A stretch of 64,000 bases of DNA from the human T2T-CHM13v2.0 reference genome, Homo sapiens, in NCBI RefSeq assembly GCF_009914755.1, contig NC_060941.1. The stretch is one strand, 5' to 3'. How positions within the stretch are numbered: the stretch's first letter is position 1; each line of letters opens with the position of its first letter. Under the pieces are notes generated by a model that saw only the letters and a list, made by a program, of their open reading frames with translations, ran no database searches and was not told the DNA's origin. A program made the translations under genes and the position numbers. This document shows positions 1-23,692 of the stretch, piece by piece.

Positions 1-1
1 G

Positions 2-2898
<2,897 letters not shown>

Positions 2899-3229
2899 CT
2901 AGAGAGACACCTGCCCTCCCCCGGATCCGTGCCCCGCAGAAGTGCAGTCTTGGTGCCCAAATGTGCGCCCGCTGGGGCAGAGGAGAATCCGCGGGGCCTG
3001 AAGCAGAATCGCGCCCTCCCCCCAACCTGCCGGCTGCCCGGGCGCTCCCCATGGGCCCAGACGCAGGAGACAAAGGAGAACATGGGGGTTCAGGTATGCA
3101 CTGGGGCGCAGACAGGGCCAGGCAAGACAAGAGGGCAGGGCTGCCGGGAAGGACGAGTGCCTCGGGAGCCTCTCTGCAGGTGAGACACAGGTTGAAGCAT
3201 TGACTGATTTGTTCTCTCGCAGTGAGGCA

Positions 3230-3681
3230 GGAGAGGAGGGAATAATTGGGGTGACCCAGGGTTGAGGCGTGAGCAAGAGAACAGCAAAGGCAGCTGGTTC
3301 TGGGTAACACTGGGCCTCACTCCTATGGTAACAAGACAGTTTCCACTTCAGCCTCTGATTGGCTGTGAGCCAGTCCTTCATAAGGAGTCACCAGTTGGAG
3401 GCCTCTAAAGGGCACCTGGGGTGTTACCAAATTCTCCTGGCTTCCTAAAAACCCTGGGGAGCACTGCCATAGAGGCTCTGGGGCCGCCTGCTCCGCCCGC
3501 TGCCTCTCTGTGAATTGCACCTTGTGGTCTTCAATGAATCTGTGCTTTCGTCACTCCGTTTTTTGCTTGTCTTGTCTTTCGTTACTTCATTCTTTTGTTG
3601 CTTTCTTTGTGCGTGTTCAATTCTTTGTTCTGCACACAAGAACCTAAACAACTCACAGTCGAGACCTTCCAACCAGTAACA
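3230..3681 (+). mobile_element. ERV1 solo-LTR fragment (MER34/MER39-like)
   Basis: LTR-like layout: gattggc, a T-rich U5 (ttcaattctttgttc...aagaacc) and a ccagtaaca terminus. Confidence 0.55.
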
Positions 3682-4265
3682 CCAGCGGCCCCTCCCCTGG
3701 GAAGCCTCCAGAGGACGGGAGGCTGCCTGTAAAAGCTGAAGAGTCCTGAGTCTTCTGCGTGATTCCAGAGACTCCTGGGATGCCCTGGGGTGGGGGGCAG
3801 GGGAACGCTGGGGCACGGGTGGACCCAGGAAAGAGACGTGTAGAGCGCCTTGCCCCACCACCCTCCTCCCAGGCCATGTCATCTGCCACCCAGGCCAGGG
3901 CTACACCTCACCTGCCACTCAGGCCATACCATACCCTCACCTGTTGCCCAGGCCACACCCACATCCTCACCTGTTGCCCCTCCTCCTTGCGGCCCAGGAG
4001 GTCTCTGAAGATGCAGGCTCTACCTTCTGCCCGGCCCCCAGCCCTCCACCCGAGAAGTGGATGTGAAGTCACTCTGTGCATCTCCGCCCCTTTCCCACCC
4101 ATTGGCCCTTGCCCTGCTCAGGGTCCCACGCTCTTCCCTCCTCCTGCCCCTCGTGGCCCCTCCTGTCTGCCCTGGCCCCCCCACACATCCAGGGGGCAGT
4201 TTGCTTCCTCCACTGACCTCCCCTCTCTGTGACATTATCTGTTTTTACAAACTTCAGGCATCTAA

Positions 4266-4560
4266 GCCGGGCACATTGGCCCAAGCCTGTAATCCCAGCA
4301 CTTTGGGAGGCCGAGGCAGGCGGATCACTTAAGCTCAGGAGTTCGAAACCAGCCTGGCCAAGATGGTGAAACCCCATCTCTACTAAAAATACAAAAGATT
4401 AGCCGGCTGTGATGACGCGCACCTGTAATCTCAGCTACTCGGGAGGCTGAGGCACGAGAATCGCTTGCACCCAGGAGGTGGAGGCTGCAGTGAGCCGAGA
4501 TCACGCCAGGGCACTCCGGCCTGGGCGACAGAGTGAGACTTCGTCTCAAGAAAAACCAAA
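4266..4560 (+). mobile_element. AluS
   Basis: Alu dimer consensus. Confidence 0.9.
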
Positions 4561-7345
4561 AATCCAAAAGAACTACAGGCATCGGCTGTGTCCCCACTAG
4601 GAAGCCGGAGGGGAGCAGGGCTGGGTGTGTCTTCTCTGGCTGCGTCCCTGCGGCCACAAGGCCTGTTCTTCCTCTGTGCCCCGCCTGCCAAGGACCCAGC
4701 CTTGTGAAGGATGGATGAATGAATCATTGAGCAAATGAATGAGTGTGTGAACAGGTGAGTGAGGAGAAGCCGGCAGAGGCGGTGGGGTGGATGGTCCACC
4801 CGGCTGGCCAGCGGCCTGTCACTCCCTGAGTGGCCTCTGGGTGGCAGCCATGTGGCGCTGTCGGCTCAGGAAGGCTTGGTGCTGGAATGGGGCTGGGACA
4901 TGGCCAGCCAGGCAGGGTGAGGAGGGTGGCAGCGCCCAGTGCAGCCTGGACAGATGGGGTTCTGCCCGGCAGGGCTGGCATGGGGGCTTCTTTATGCCAA
5001 GCCAGCCCTGGGGGAGGCCTCGGCTGTCCAGGGTGAAACAGGGTCAGGGTGATCAGGCTCGGTTTGTGGGGGCGGCCTGTCCTGCTGGAGGGTCCTCCTC
5101 ACCCAACCCCAGCCTGCTGCAGGCTGTCTGCAGGGGAGATGGCAAAGACGGTGTTGTCCAGTTTGCTTGGGACATGAATGGTCTGGCAAATACGCAATGA
5201 CACAGCTCTGGGGTCCAGATCCGGCCCAGGCGGCCGCCTGACAGAGGAGGTGCCCACAGAGCTTCCGTGAGAGGGCAGCCCAGGCCCAAGCAGCACTAGA
5301 ACCCCGGCTTTGGGCTTTTGGGGACTTAGCCGGCCCCGGGGCCAGGGGTAGGATCAGGTTTCCACAGGCCAGACGGCCCCGCACAGTCACCACCGTCACC
5401 GTCACCATCACCCGGTGCTGGGCGGGCACCATGTGGACTCCACTTGGCACTGGGCCGATGGGCGGATGCCAGAGCCAGAGCAAAGGCCTCGTTAGCCCCT
5501 CGGGGAGGGCACGGCAGGGCCGGGCGACTCAGGAGGGCTGCGGGGTGACGTCTGATTGAGCCTGGAAGGACAGGCCGACCACAGGATGGAGGCCACAGCA
5601 TCCTTCCCGGAGTCTGACCCCACGCTGGAGACAGAGGGGCTGGGCTGGGCTGGGCAACCTAGACCCGGGAGCCCATCTGTCCAGCCACCAGCGTCCGTCT
5701 GTCTGGGTCCCTGCTAGGGAGAGTCTGCAGCAGGGAGACCCCGGCAGCTTCGAGTATGGAGGGGAGACTCTGGCCGCCTGAGGTGAGTAACGTTGGGGGA
5801 TGATTGTGGGGCTCCATTGGGACTTGGCAGGGCTCTGGGGGTGGGCACTGCAGGGGAAGCAGCTGCAGGCAGGGTGCAGAGGAGGCTCAGCTGAGTCTCC
5901 CGCGTGGGACTTCCAACCCCTCCAGGGTCTCTCCAACCCACTTCAGCTTGCAATCCACCCTCCTGCCCTGTGACCATGTGTGGTCACCCGCCCTCAGGGC
6001 ACAAAAGGGGTCCAGCTCTATTTTCCAGGGACAACTCCAGACCCATGATCCCAGAAGCTTGGGGCCTGCCTTTATCCCAGCACCCAACCCCGAGAGCCCC
6101 CAGTGATGGAACTGGTGCAGCGGCCACCACTGCCCGGACCCGGGAGCAACACCGATGCCACACCTGGCGGCAGGAACAGGGCAGTGATGGGCTGTCTGCA
6201 AGGGGTCCCCCCTTCCGCAGCAGGTCTCTTGGCTGCAGCTCAGCCCCAGCCCCTGCGGTCCCCAGAGTCCCGGTCACTGGGGGCTCTGCAGGCCACCCTT
6301 CCAGGGGCATCCACCCACCCCCGAGTCCGGGTCAGGCAGAACCCAGGGCCCGCCGTCCCCTCCTGCAGGCTCAGGACCTCCTGGGGGGAGTTCCCTGTGT
6401 GATGCAGAGGGCACGCTCACCCTGCTGGGAAGGCTCACTGCTTCCCAAGGGGTCTGAGCTTTACTGGCACCTCACTGCAGTCCCTTCCCCGGGGAGACTC
6501 TGGGGCTTCCCCTGTGGGACCAGGCACCCGGAAAGGCAGCTCTGTCCCTGCTGAGTCACGCGCACCATCCTGCAGACGGGAGGGCATCTTCCTAGGCTTT
6601 CCTCCAGCCAAGAGTGGAGCTGGGACCTGGGAACCTCCCTGGAACCACCCCTGCTCTCCGGCAAGGCGTTCCACCAGCCTGTGTCTACACACGTAGCCCC
6701 GCAGAGCAGGCTTCGTGATGCCTGGAGACACCCACTTCCCCTTCCTTCTCCTGGGACTTCTCAGTCACACGGGCTGAGCTGCAGAGGGTGCGTGACCTGG
6801 GCTGAGCTGGTCTTTGGCAACTGGGGACTTTGGTTTGACGGTTGGTGGAGGGGAGACTCTCCTAACTTCCAGGGGTGTGAGTCGCAGGCGGTGCAGATGA
6901 TAGGACAGTGGCCGTTGCCTAGGGCTGAAACCAACACAGCGGTGGGCGGAGCACAGGGAACTTCGGAGAGGGAGCCCGGCCCCCGAGTCAGCTGCTCCTG
7001 CGGGTGCTCCCCAAATCATCTAGTGATGTGATCCATTTGTCTTTCCAGCCCATTTCAGTTGAGTTTCCAATGACTTACAACCAATAATATCTCAACTGAT
7101 ACTTGGGCTCTTCAAGCACTAGAATTGTGGTGACGGCAGGAGCGTTAACACACTCTGGGGCGGGGCAGGGACTGCAGACTGAGCGGGCTCCAGGTGAATG
7201 CCAGCTTCCAGCCCTGCTGAGCCAGGCTGGGACGAACATGCTCACTAGGTCCGTCTCCACCTACTGTGGGCCAGCGCTGCGTGGCTCACTCCAGGGAAGA
7301 CAGCAAGTTGGCTCAGCCGCTGCTGTGTGGCTGCTGCTCCCCTGA

Positions 7346-9321
<1,976 letters not shown>

Positions 9322-10234
9322 CTGCCCCTTAGGACACCAAGTCCTCGCCTCCTGGAGGCCCAAGCCCCAGGGAGCCATGCCTGACTTGCCGCCTGTCGAT
9401 GGGCCACGCGTTCCTTGTTGATGCCATTCTGGGGTCCCCTCACCCTGACATACTAGGAGCCAGTTCCGAGGGAGGCTCTTCTGCCACCAACCCTGGCCCA
9501 GGGGGACACTGAGCTCCTTGATGCTGAGGGCCGGTGGTTCCTTATCGCCTGGCGACCAGCGTGTCCTCCGGGTCCTTTTCCAATACCAGCACCTCCCAGC
9601 TCAAAAACACAACCCAGCACTCCTGTTCCTCCGTCTCCCGGCCCTCCCTCGACACTGGGCCGAGGCAGCCTGTGCACCTGCCCCAAGCTCCCAGGAGCTG
9701 ACCCAGCAGCGGATTCGGCCTGGTTCCCGGCATCCTTACCGGGATTTGGAAAATGCTCCTTTCAATCAATAAAGGCCCCACGCGGGCCTTCTTCCGCCCT
9801 CCCCTCCAGCATCCTCCATCTCCATTTCCACCCGTCCTCCCCGTCCTGCCAGGCCGCAGCTCCTTGCAGAATAACCCACACCCTCCAGTCGCAGGGACAG
9901 AACACCCTAGTTACTGGCCTAGAATTTTGCGGGGGACGAGGACAGGCAGACCCTAAGGAGGACACTCGCCTCAGGTGAGACCTTTGCAAGGTCCCGGCAG
10001 TGGGAGCCACTCCCGCCACTGCGGAGGGAACAGAGGGCAGGGATCTAAGAGGCTTCTACCCAAATACCGCATCCAGGTCATAGCGTCCCACCCCCCGCTG
10101 CCACCGGGGCCCTGACTTCAACACGGGAGGCAGACCAGACGCCACCGCCCTGGGATCAGAGCTTGGGCCCGAGGGTTGGCCCCGTCTGCACTCTGGCTTT
10201 CGGAATGAGGCTCGCTGTCAATGCTGTGGTGGAG

Positions 10235-11545
<1,311 letters not shown>

Positions 11546-13110
11546 CCGCCGCGATTGGGTCTTCTGGATCTCACCGGAGGCCCTGAACTGCTGCCGGCTG
11601 CCCTGAGCTTTTTTCTCGCCTTCAGTCTCGGTGACACCCCTGCACCTCTCAAACGCGGGAGACCAGGCTTGGTGGTGAGTCCCGTCCACTTGGGTCCAGG
11701 CCAGGCCATCCCGGGTGAGCCCTACAGCCGTGCGCCGCCACCACCCCATGCCCAGCAGGGAAGTTGGTGGAGAAACACCTGCCGCGCTGGCGGGGGGAGC
11801 ACTGAGGCCGTGAGCGGCACGCAGGGCGGGAGGCGCGGGGCAGGAAGCCCAGTGGTGCTCCTGGCCCTGGACAGTCTGGAGGTCCCAGGGGCCACCGCAC
11901 AGTGCAGGCTTGGCCTCTTCCGGGCTTCCTGCGGGACCCCCTCCAGCCCTCCCAGCCCCTCCCTCCCCCAGCCTCCCTCCCCAGCCCCTCCTTGAAGCCA
12001 CAGGGAACCCAAGACACATCTTGGTCCTCACCCCGCACCAGGGGCTTTGAGACCACCCCTCAGCACCCACGCCTGCCCCCTCTGGGCACCCCCCCCAACC
12101 CAGGCTCCCCTCACAGCCCCGGGCCTGAGGCTTGTCTGTCCCCATCAGACCTTGCTGCCCCCGCACCCTGTGGGGAATCCAGGGATCGCGCTGCTCCTCC
12201 CTGCCCTGTGCCCCTGCCTCCCCGCCGGCGCTGCCCAGGACCCGCAGCTCCCGCACCTGTTGCTGATCGGAGCCTGGCCCCGTCCACCTCCACCATCCCG
12301 CCAACTGGCCTGATTTGATCGAGCCTCGCCAGATGCAGCCTAATGTGACTTCGCAGAGCCTGATGACCTTGATGGTAGCTCAGGGCGAGAGTGTCTGGCG
12401 AGGCAGATGCCGGGACACAGGTGCCCTCATTACAACCTCCCCTTTTGCAGGAGGATGGGGGGCTCACTCAGGGAGAGGAGGGGCGGCCATGGGAGGACGA
12501 CTTTGAGTCCCTCAGTCCAGCCTGCTTCCCACAAGCCAGGGCCAGGCTGGGCAGCGCCCACCAAACTTTCCCTAGGACCCGGCTCCAGGGGGTCTGAGGG
12601 TTTCCCTGGCAAGCCACCTCCAGAGCCCTGGGCGCCCCATCTGTGAAACGGGGAGGAGAGCCCAGCCTTCCACAGAGATGGACCTCCAGGCGCGGCCACA
12701 CCCGGGTCACACACACACACACTCTGGTCTCTGACCAGCCCCATCTCGGCCGAGGGTCCATCCTGGTGCCCTGATTGGGGAACACCTGCTGCGTGCAGGG
12801 TTGAGGTGGCCGGAGAGGCTGGAGCGAGAGTCCTGGTCACCAGGGGCCTCCGAGGCTGCCTACCCCAGTGCCTGCACCCGGCACCGTCGCTGGGGGCCCA
12901 TGATCAGATTTGCAGCCGGGCCAGAGGGACACACCCTTCCCCCACCTCGCTGCACTGGGTCTTGGGTGTGCCTGGACGGGAGCCCCTCGCACCTCAGCCC
13001 TGGAGGCTCGCCCTGGCCAGGCCTTCTGGGGGAGAGGCAGCCCCTCCAGAGCCCTGGCATCCTTGCTGCTCCGAAGAGGCCCTGAAGGAGTGAGCGACAC
13101 GCGGGGGCCT

Positions 13111-14965
13111 CACACACACACACACCCGCAAACACATCCCCCCTCTACAAACACCCCCCCACATACACACCACAAACACTCCACAAACACACACATCACA
13201 CACACCACACACAGAAAATACACAATACACACCACACACACACCTCACACACACCTCACACACCCCCACACACACACCCCCCACAAACACACCACACACA
13301 CACACCACACACACTCCACAAACACACCACACACACCACACACAGAAAACACACAATACATAACACACCACACACACACCACACACACCACACACACCCC
13401 ACAAATACACACACCACACACCCCAAACACACAGCACACACACCACACACACATCACACACAGAAAACACAATACACACCACACACCACACACGCCACAC
13501 ACACCCCACAGATACACCACACACACCACACACAGAAAATACACAATACACACCACACACACCTCACACACCCCCCCACACACACCCCCCACAAACACAC
13601 CACACACACACCACACACACTCCACAAACACACCACACACACCACACACAGAAAACACACAATACACACCACACACACACCTCACACACACCTCACACCC
13701 CCCCACACACACACCCCCCACAAACACACCACACACACACACCACACACACTCCACAAACACACCGCACACACCACACACAGAAAACACACAATACATAA
13801 CACACCACATGCACACCACACACACCACACACACACCACACACACCCCACAAATACACACACCACACACCCCAAACACACAGCACACACACCACACACAC
13901 ATCACACACAGAAAACACAATACACACCACACACCACACACACCCCACAGATACACACACCACACACACCACACACACACCCCCACAAATACACCACACA
14001 CACCACACACACACACCCCACACACATCACACACACCACACACAGAAAACACACAATACATAACACACACCACACACACACCACACACACACCCCACATC
14101 ACACACAGAACACACACAATACACAACACACACCACACACACCACACAAACACAAACATCACACACACCACACACACAACACACACAATGCACAATACAC
14201 ACCACACACACACCCCACAAACACCACACACAACACACACAAAACACACACCACACACACACCACACACACCACCCACCCCCACACACATCACACACACC
14301 ATATACAACAGACATCACACCCACACCACACACCACACACACACCCACACACACCCACAAACACACCACAAACACCACACACCACACACACACCAGAAAC
14401 ACCCACATCACACACACTACACACAGAACACACACAATACCCAATAGACACCACACACACCACACACGCCACACACACCACACACCCCCCACACACACAC
14501 CCCACACACACCCCACAAACACACATCTCACACACACAGAACACAAATACACACCACACACCACACACACAGCACACACAGAACACACACAACACACACC
14601 ACATACCACACGCCACACACACAGCACACACAATACACACACCACACACAACACACACAACACATAAACACACACTATACACACATGACACACACACATC
14701 ACACACACCACTCACGATACACACACACCACACATGATGCACACACACCACACACGCACACCACACACACAACACACATACACCACACACACCACTCACG
14801 ATACACACACACCACACACAACACACATGACACATCCACACAACACACGCGGGGCACACACAGAGACACTACACAGACAATACATGACATACATGACACA
14901 CACAACACACGAGACACAAACATGGCACACACACCGCACGCATGACACACAGACACACACACGAC
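13111..14965 (+). repeat. ~1.85-kb complex CA-rich simple repeat with higher-order blocks
   Basis: ACACACCAC-type units; + strand almost free of G and T; recurring CAGAAAAYACACAATAC landmarks. Confidence 0.95.
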
Positions 14966-15215
14966 AGAAGGAGAGACAGAGTTTGGGTCAAGAGCCACAT
15001 CCCCTGCAGATTCCTGGGCTGGGCACACTCAGATCCCGGGCTCTGCAGGCAGCTCCACCGCACCCAGGGTCTCAGTACCTCTGGAGGCCGTGTCCCCCAG
15101 TCTCACTCAGCGCCTTCAGCCCCCCGCCCCAGCCCCAAGGCTCAGGCCCACGGCAGCCCCTCAGGCCAAGGGACTCACCAAGGTTGGCCCAAACTCTCCG
15201 TAGTCCATTGGCTCA

Positions 15216-15845
15216 CAGAGACACACACACACAGACGCACACAGATGGACACAGACACACACCGACATGCACAGATGCACACAGATGCATATTGAGACAC
15301 ACACAGATGCACACAGACACACACACATGCATATTGAGACAGACACACACAGACACACACAGATGCACATAGACACAGACACACACAGATGCACATAGAC
15401 ACAGACGCACACACAGAGACACACACAGATGCACATTGAGGCACACATAGACACACAAAAATACAGACACAGATGCACATAGAGACACACATAGACACAC
15501 AGGCACACACAAACACACATAGAGACCTACATACAGAGACACAGACACAGATGCACATAGACACACACAGAGTCACAGACACACACACACACAGATTCAC
15601 ATAGGGACACACAGACACACAGATACATATAGAGACAGGCACATACACACACAGACACACACTGGCAAACATAGAGACACAGACACAAACAGAGACAAAC
15701 ACACACATAGAGACAAACAGAGACACACAAAGACACACATAGAGACACACACGGGCACGCACACAAGCACAGGCACACACAGACACAGACACACATAGAC
15801 CCACATAGAGACACACAGACACACACATAGACACATAGACATACA
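15216..15845 (+). repeat. (GACACACACA/CATA)n low-complexity repeat
   Basis: Visible directly in the sequence. Confidence 0.92.
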
Positions 15846-16439
15846 TATTCTCTGCCAGAACAAGCCAGTCTCCAGACGTGGGCAGGTAGGAGGGGCAGGG
15901 GCAGATGCAGAGTGACGGCCTCTCCCCAGCCAGCCGTCCAGATGCTGGGGCAGGTCCGGGTGCCCAGGGGCTGGTGGCGCAACTGAAGAGCCCAGCTGCA
16001 AGGGGAGTTTCCTCAGAGGTGGCTTTAAATCTCTGCCTCTGGCCAGCAGAACTGGCTGTGGCGGAGAGAGCAGTGTGTCCAAGGGGTGCCTCCCAGCAGG
16101 GCGGGTCAGAGGCTGGGCTTCCTCGCACAATCTCCAGAGAAAGGGAGCTCCTCCCAGGCCTGCCTGTGGCTAGACTGACCTCTCCACCTGCTCTCTTGCC
16201 CAGGCTGGAGTGCAGTGCACTCCATCAAGGAGTGACCTGGTGCTCTTTTTTCTCTTTACTTAAAAAAATACTATGAAAATAACACATGCACGTGTTTAAA
16301 AACCAAATAGGGCTGGGAGTAGTGGCTCATGCCTGTAATCCCAACACTTTGGGAGGCCAAGACAGGAGGATCGCTTGAAGCCTGGAGGTGAAGACCAACC
16401 TGGGCAGCATAGTAAGACCTCATCTCAAAGAAAAAAAGA

Positions 16440-16872
16440 AATTCTACACAAACTTCCAAAAAAATAGAAAAAGAGGGAATATTTTCCAGCTCATTTTATG
16501 AGATCAGCACTACCCTGGTACCAAAACCGGGCCATTTCCTTATTACAGGGAAAAAAAATTGCATAAATATCCTTAATGAACATAGGTACAAAAAATTATT
16601 AATAAAATGTTAGAAAATCAAATATGGATATATATATATATAATGACCAAGTGAGATTTATCTCAGAAATCCAAGGTTGGTAAAACATTTGTAAATCAAT
16701 GTAATTCAACCATAGCAATAGACTAAGAAAGAAAAACTATAAGATCATCTCATTAAAAAAGAAATAAAAATTTGATGAACTTTGACATCCATTCATGATA
16801 AAAACTCTCAGCAGCTATGGATTGACGGAAACATTTTCAAATTGATAAAGAGAGTCTGCGAAAACCCTAGGA
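16440..16872 (+). mobile_element. Old L1 ORF2 fragment flanked by a FLAM (16310-16440) and Alus (16875-17548)
   Basis: AT-rich, with L1 ORF2-like text (catccattcatgataaaaactctcagc). Confidence 0.75.
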
Positions 16873-16993
16873 AAGGCCGGGTGCGGTGGCTCACTCCTGT
16901 AATCCCTGCACTTTGGGAGGCTGAGGCAGGCGGATCATGAGGTCAAGAGATTGAGACAATCCTGGCCAACATGATGAAACCCCGTCTCTACTA

Positions 16994-17332
<339 letters not shown>

Positions 17333-17435
17333 TCAAGCAAATCCTCCTACCTCAGCCTCCCAAGTAGCTGGGACTACAGGCATGTACCACCATGCCTGGC
17401 TAATTTGTATTTTTTTTTTTTTTTTTTTTGTATAA

Positions 17436-21071
<3,636 letters not shown>

Positions 21072-22128
21072 TGAGAGATTTCTTCAACTCAATTTTCCAA
21101 CCCTTCTATTAAATTTTTTAAATTCCAGATATTCTATTTGCAGCCGGCAAGGACTCTTCCTGCGCTCTGCTTGTTTTCCAAAGCATTCCGTTCTAGTTTT
21201 TATGGGAGCATCATCCTTTCATGTCTCTAAGGATAATCAGAGTGGTTAAAATGTTCTTGAAGTTTTCTTCTGTTCCCTGCAGTAGCTCTGTTTCCTCCAG
21301 TTTCCTCTTTCCCAAGTGATTGGTCTGTCTCATATACCTAGAGGTCTTGCTTTGCATTCACATCTAAGGGCAAAAGGCGCTAGGATGCAGTGCGGAGGTC
21401 CATTCGCTTTGTCGTAAGGTTTGTGCCTTTCTTAGTCCTGCAGTGGTTGAGTAAAACCTGACCATCCCACACCCTCAAATACTAAGTGCCCCTGGGTAGT
21501 GATGTGGAGGGGCCTTCTTATTAATGTGAGGAAATGCTTGTGTTATAGGTTGTGGTGAGAAACGCTGGTTACAAAACTATATCAAAGTAAAAATGTATTA
21601 ATGCACAGTAAAGACACCTGGAAAAAAAATGCCCTTTAATGCTCACAGAAGGTCTCTCCGAGGGGCAGCCCCACCACCCTCCTGTTTCCCTTCCTGCATT
21701 TCCACGTTTTTCTGGGCCCAGATGCAGCCTCCCCTCCCACCCCTGGTCCCTCCGCCTTGGCTTCCGGCTGTCGCTTTCATCCCTCCTCCTCATCAGCCCC
21801 TTGCAGAACTCCAGGGTGGGGCTTCTGAGTCTCGCTGGCAGTATGGGCTCCATAAGTCTTGCTGGACACCGAAATTAAGTTCTGCAGGTGCCGTCTCCAG
21901 AATCCCCAGCACAGATAGACAAACCCACATCTCAGGGGTGGGGGGTGCAGACCTGCCCCCAGCCCCGCTGCAGCCCGCCCCAGGACCAAGCACACCTCCA
22001 GGAGGGCCCCCTGCAATGAGTAGGACCCTGGGGACTGGATGGAGGGCAGGTCCCCCCACCCCCACTGCTGCATGGGAAGGCCCTGCCCCCTCCATTCCCA
22101 GCTGCCCTCTGTTTATATGTCTCACCAA

Positions 22129-23105
22129 TGTCAAGGGAAACCAGAACTGGATAGCAGTTGAAACACATATTTTGTTCGGGACTATTGTAATAGGGGAAAA
22201 AAGATTTTAGTATAGACCTGGGCTCAACTCTCAATGTGGCACAGGCAAGTGGGGATTTAGATCTGAGGAGCAGGGCGGGGTCAGTGGGTGGAAAATTACT
22301 GGCACGAAACACCTGTCTGGAGGATTCTGGCTAAACCCAGGAAACAGGAAGCTTGCTGAGGGCAGGCAGGGTTAGCAGACATCGCCTGGGGGTGGCGGAG
22401 GCTGAGAACCCTACCCAGGTAAAATGAAGCTTGCTGACGGCAGACAGGGTTAGCAGACACGGCCTGGAGGTGGCAGAGGCTAAGGAACCTACCCAGGTAA
22501 AACGAAGCTTGCTGACGGCAGACAGGGTTAGCAGACACGGCCTGGAGGTGGCAGAGGCTAAGGAACCTACCAAGGTAAAATGAAGCTTGCTGAAGGCAGC
22601 CAGGGTGAGCAGATATTGCCTGGGGGTGGCGGAAACTGAGGACCCTACCCAGGTAAAAGGAAGCCTGCTGAAGGCAGGCAGGGTGAGCAGACATTGCCTG
22701 TGGGTAGCAGAGGCTGAGGACTCTACCCAGGTAACAGGAATCTTGCTTAAGGCAGGCAAGGTGAGCAGACATCGCCTGGGGGTGGCGGAGGCTGAGGACT
22801 CTACCCAGATAACAGGAATCTTGCTGCGGGCAGCCAGGGTGAGCAGACGTCGCCTGGGGGTGGTGGAAGCTGAGGACCCTACCCAGGTAAAAGGAAGCTT
22901 GCTGAAGGCAGGCAAGGTAAGCAGACATCGCCTGGGGGTGGCGGAGGCTGAGGACCCTGATCAGATATGGGGGGATGGAGGCTTCTTGCCAAACTGACTT
23001 AGCAGAGTTCTTGCTGAATCTGGATTTTATAAGGCAGAATGCAGATGAGCCTGTGAGAAGGTTCTGAAGCCGGACTACAGTTTGGTCAAGCAAACAATCT
23101 TGTCA
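22129..23105 (-). mobile_element. MER31-like ERV1 solo LTR with an internal tandem expansion
   Basis: Minus strand begins TGACAAGATTGTTTGCTTGACCAAACT...AAAATCCAG...CAGCAAGAAC; TG...CA termini. Confidence 0.7.
22335..22960. repeat. 78-bp minisatellite, ~8 diverged copies
   Basis: CTACCCAGG recurs every 78 nt (22411, 22489...), giving the 26-aa periodicity of ORF 22296-23093. Confidence 0.92.
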
Positions 23106-23665
23106 TGGATTCAGTCATATAAATAAGGGTCACCCAGCCCAGGGGAGGTGCCCCACCCCATCTGTTCCCTCTCCCTCCCCACACTGAGTCCGAACCTTTC
23201 AGGCTTTGCCCCCTTCACACACTCCAAATTTATTCTTCTACTTCTCTTCCTGCAGGTACCAGACTCCGGCCACCCAGCGCTTACCTGGGACTGCTGGGCC
23301 TCTGCCCCGTGGGGACCTGTCCTCCAGGAAACAAGGCCAGACACAGGAGGGCAGGGAGGACTCTTCTCCAGGGCCGGTGCGCCGTCTCTTCAGCCCCATG
23401 GCACTTGACTTAGGCAGAGCCTACAGCACCCTCACCCCAGTCCCTGCAGCCACCAGGAGGTGGTCCCCCTCATCCCATTAGCCATCACCGCCATTCACAG
23501 AGGTCTCGGACTGAGGCTGGCAGGGGGAGCACCATGACCCAAGATCAGAACCCTGTTGTCTGTGCCTCTGGAGAGGTGGGGGCAGGAGCTGAGGGAGGGT
23601 TTGGGTGGAGAGGGGAGAAGATGCAGTAGCAGGAGCAGATGCTGGCAGGTAGAGACAAACTTTTA

Positions 23666-23692
23666 TGACCTTTGCCTTCTGACCTTTGCCTC
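23666..23692 (-). promoter_or_regulatory. Tandem HNF4/DR1-type nuclear receptor motifs
   Basis: TGACCTTTGCCTT and TGACCTTTGCCTC (reverse RAGGCAAAGGTCA) repeated at a 14-bp period, 1.6 kb upstream of GCGR exon 1. Confidence 0.5.

Noticed and set aside
12910-16130. Many His/Thr- and Cys/Val-rich ORFs up to 317 aa
   Set aside because: Translations of CA/TG simple repeats.
22296-23093. 265-aa ORF with a 26-aa Cys/His repeat, superficially zinc-finger-like
   Set aside because: No C2H2 spacing or TGEKP linker; it arises from the 78-bp tandem array inside an LTR.
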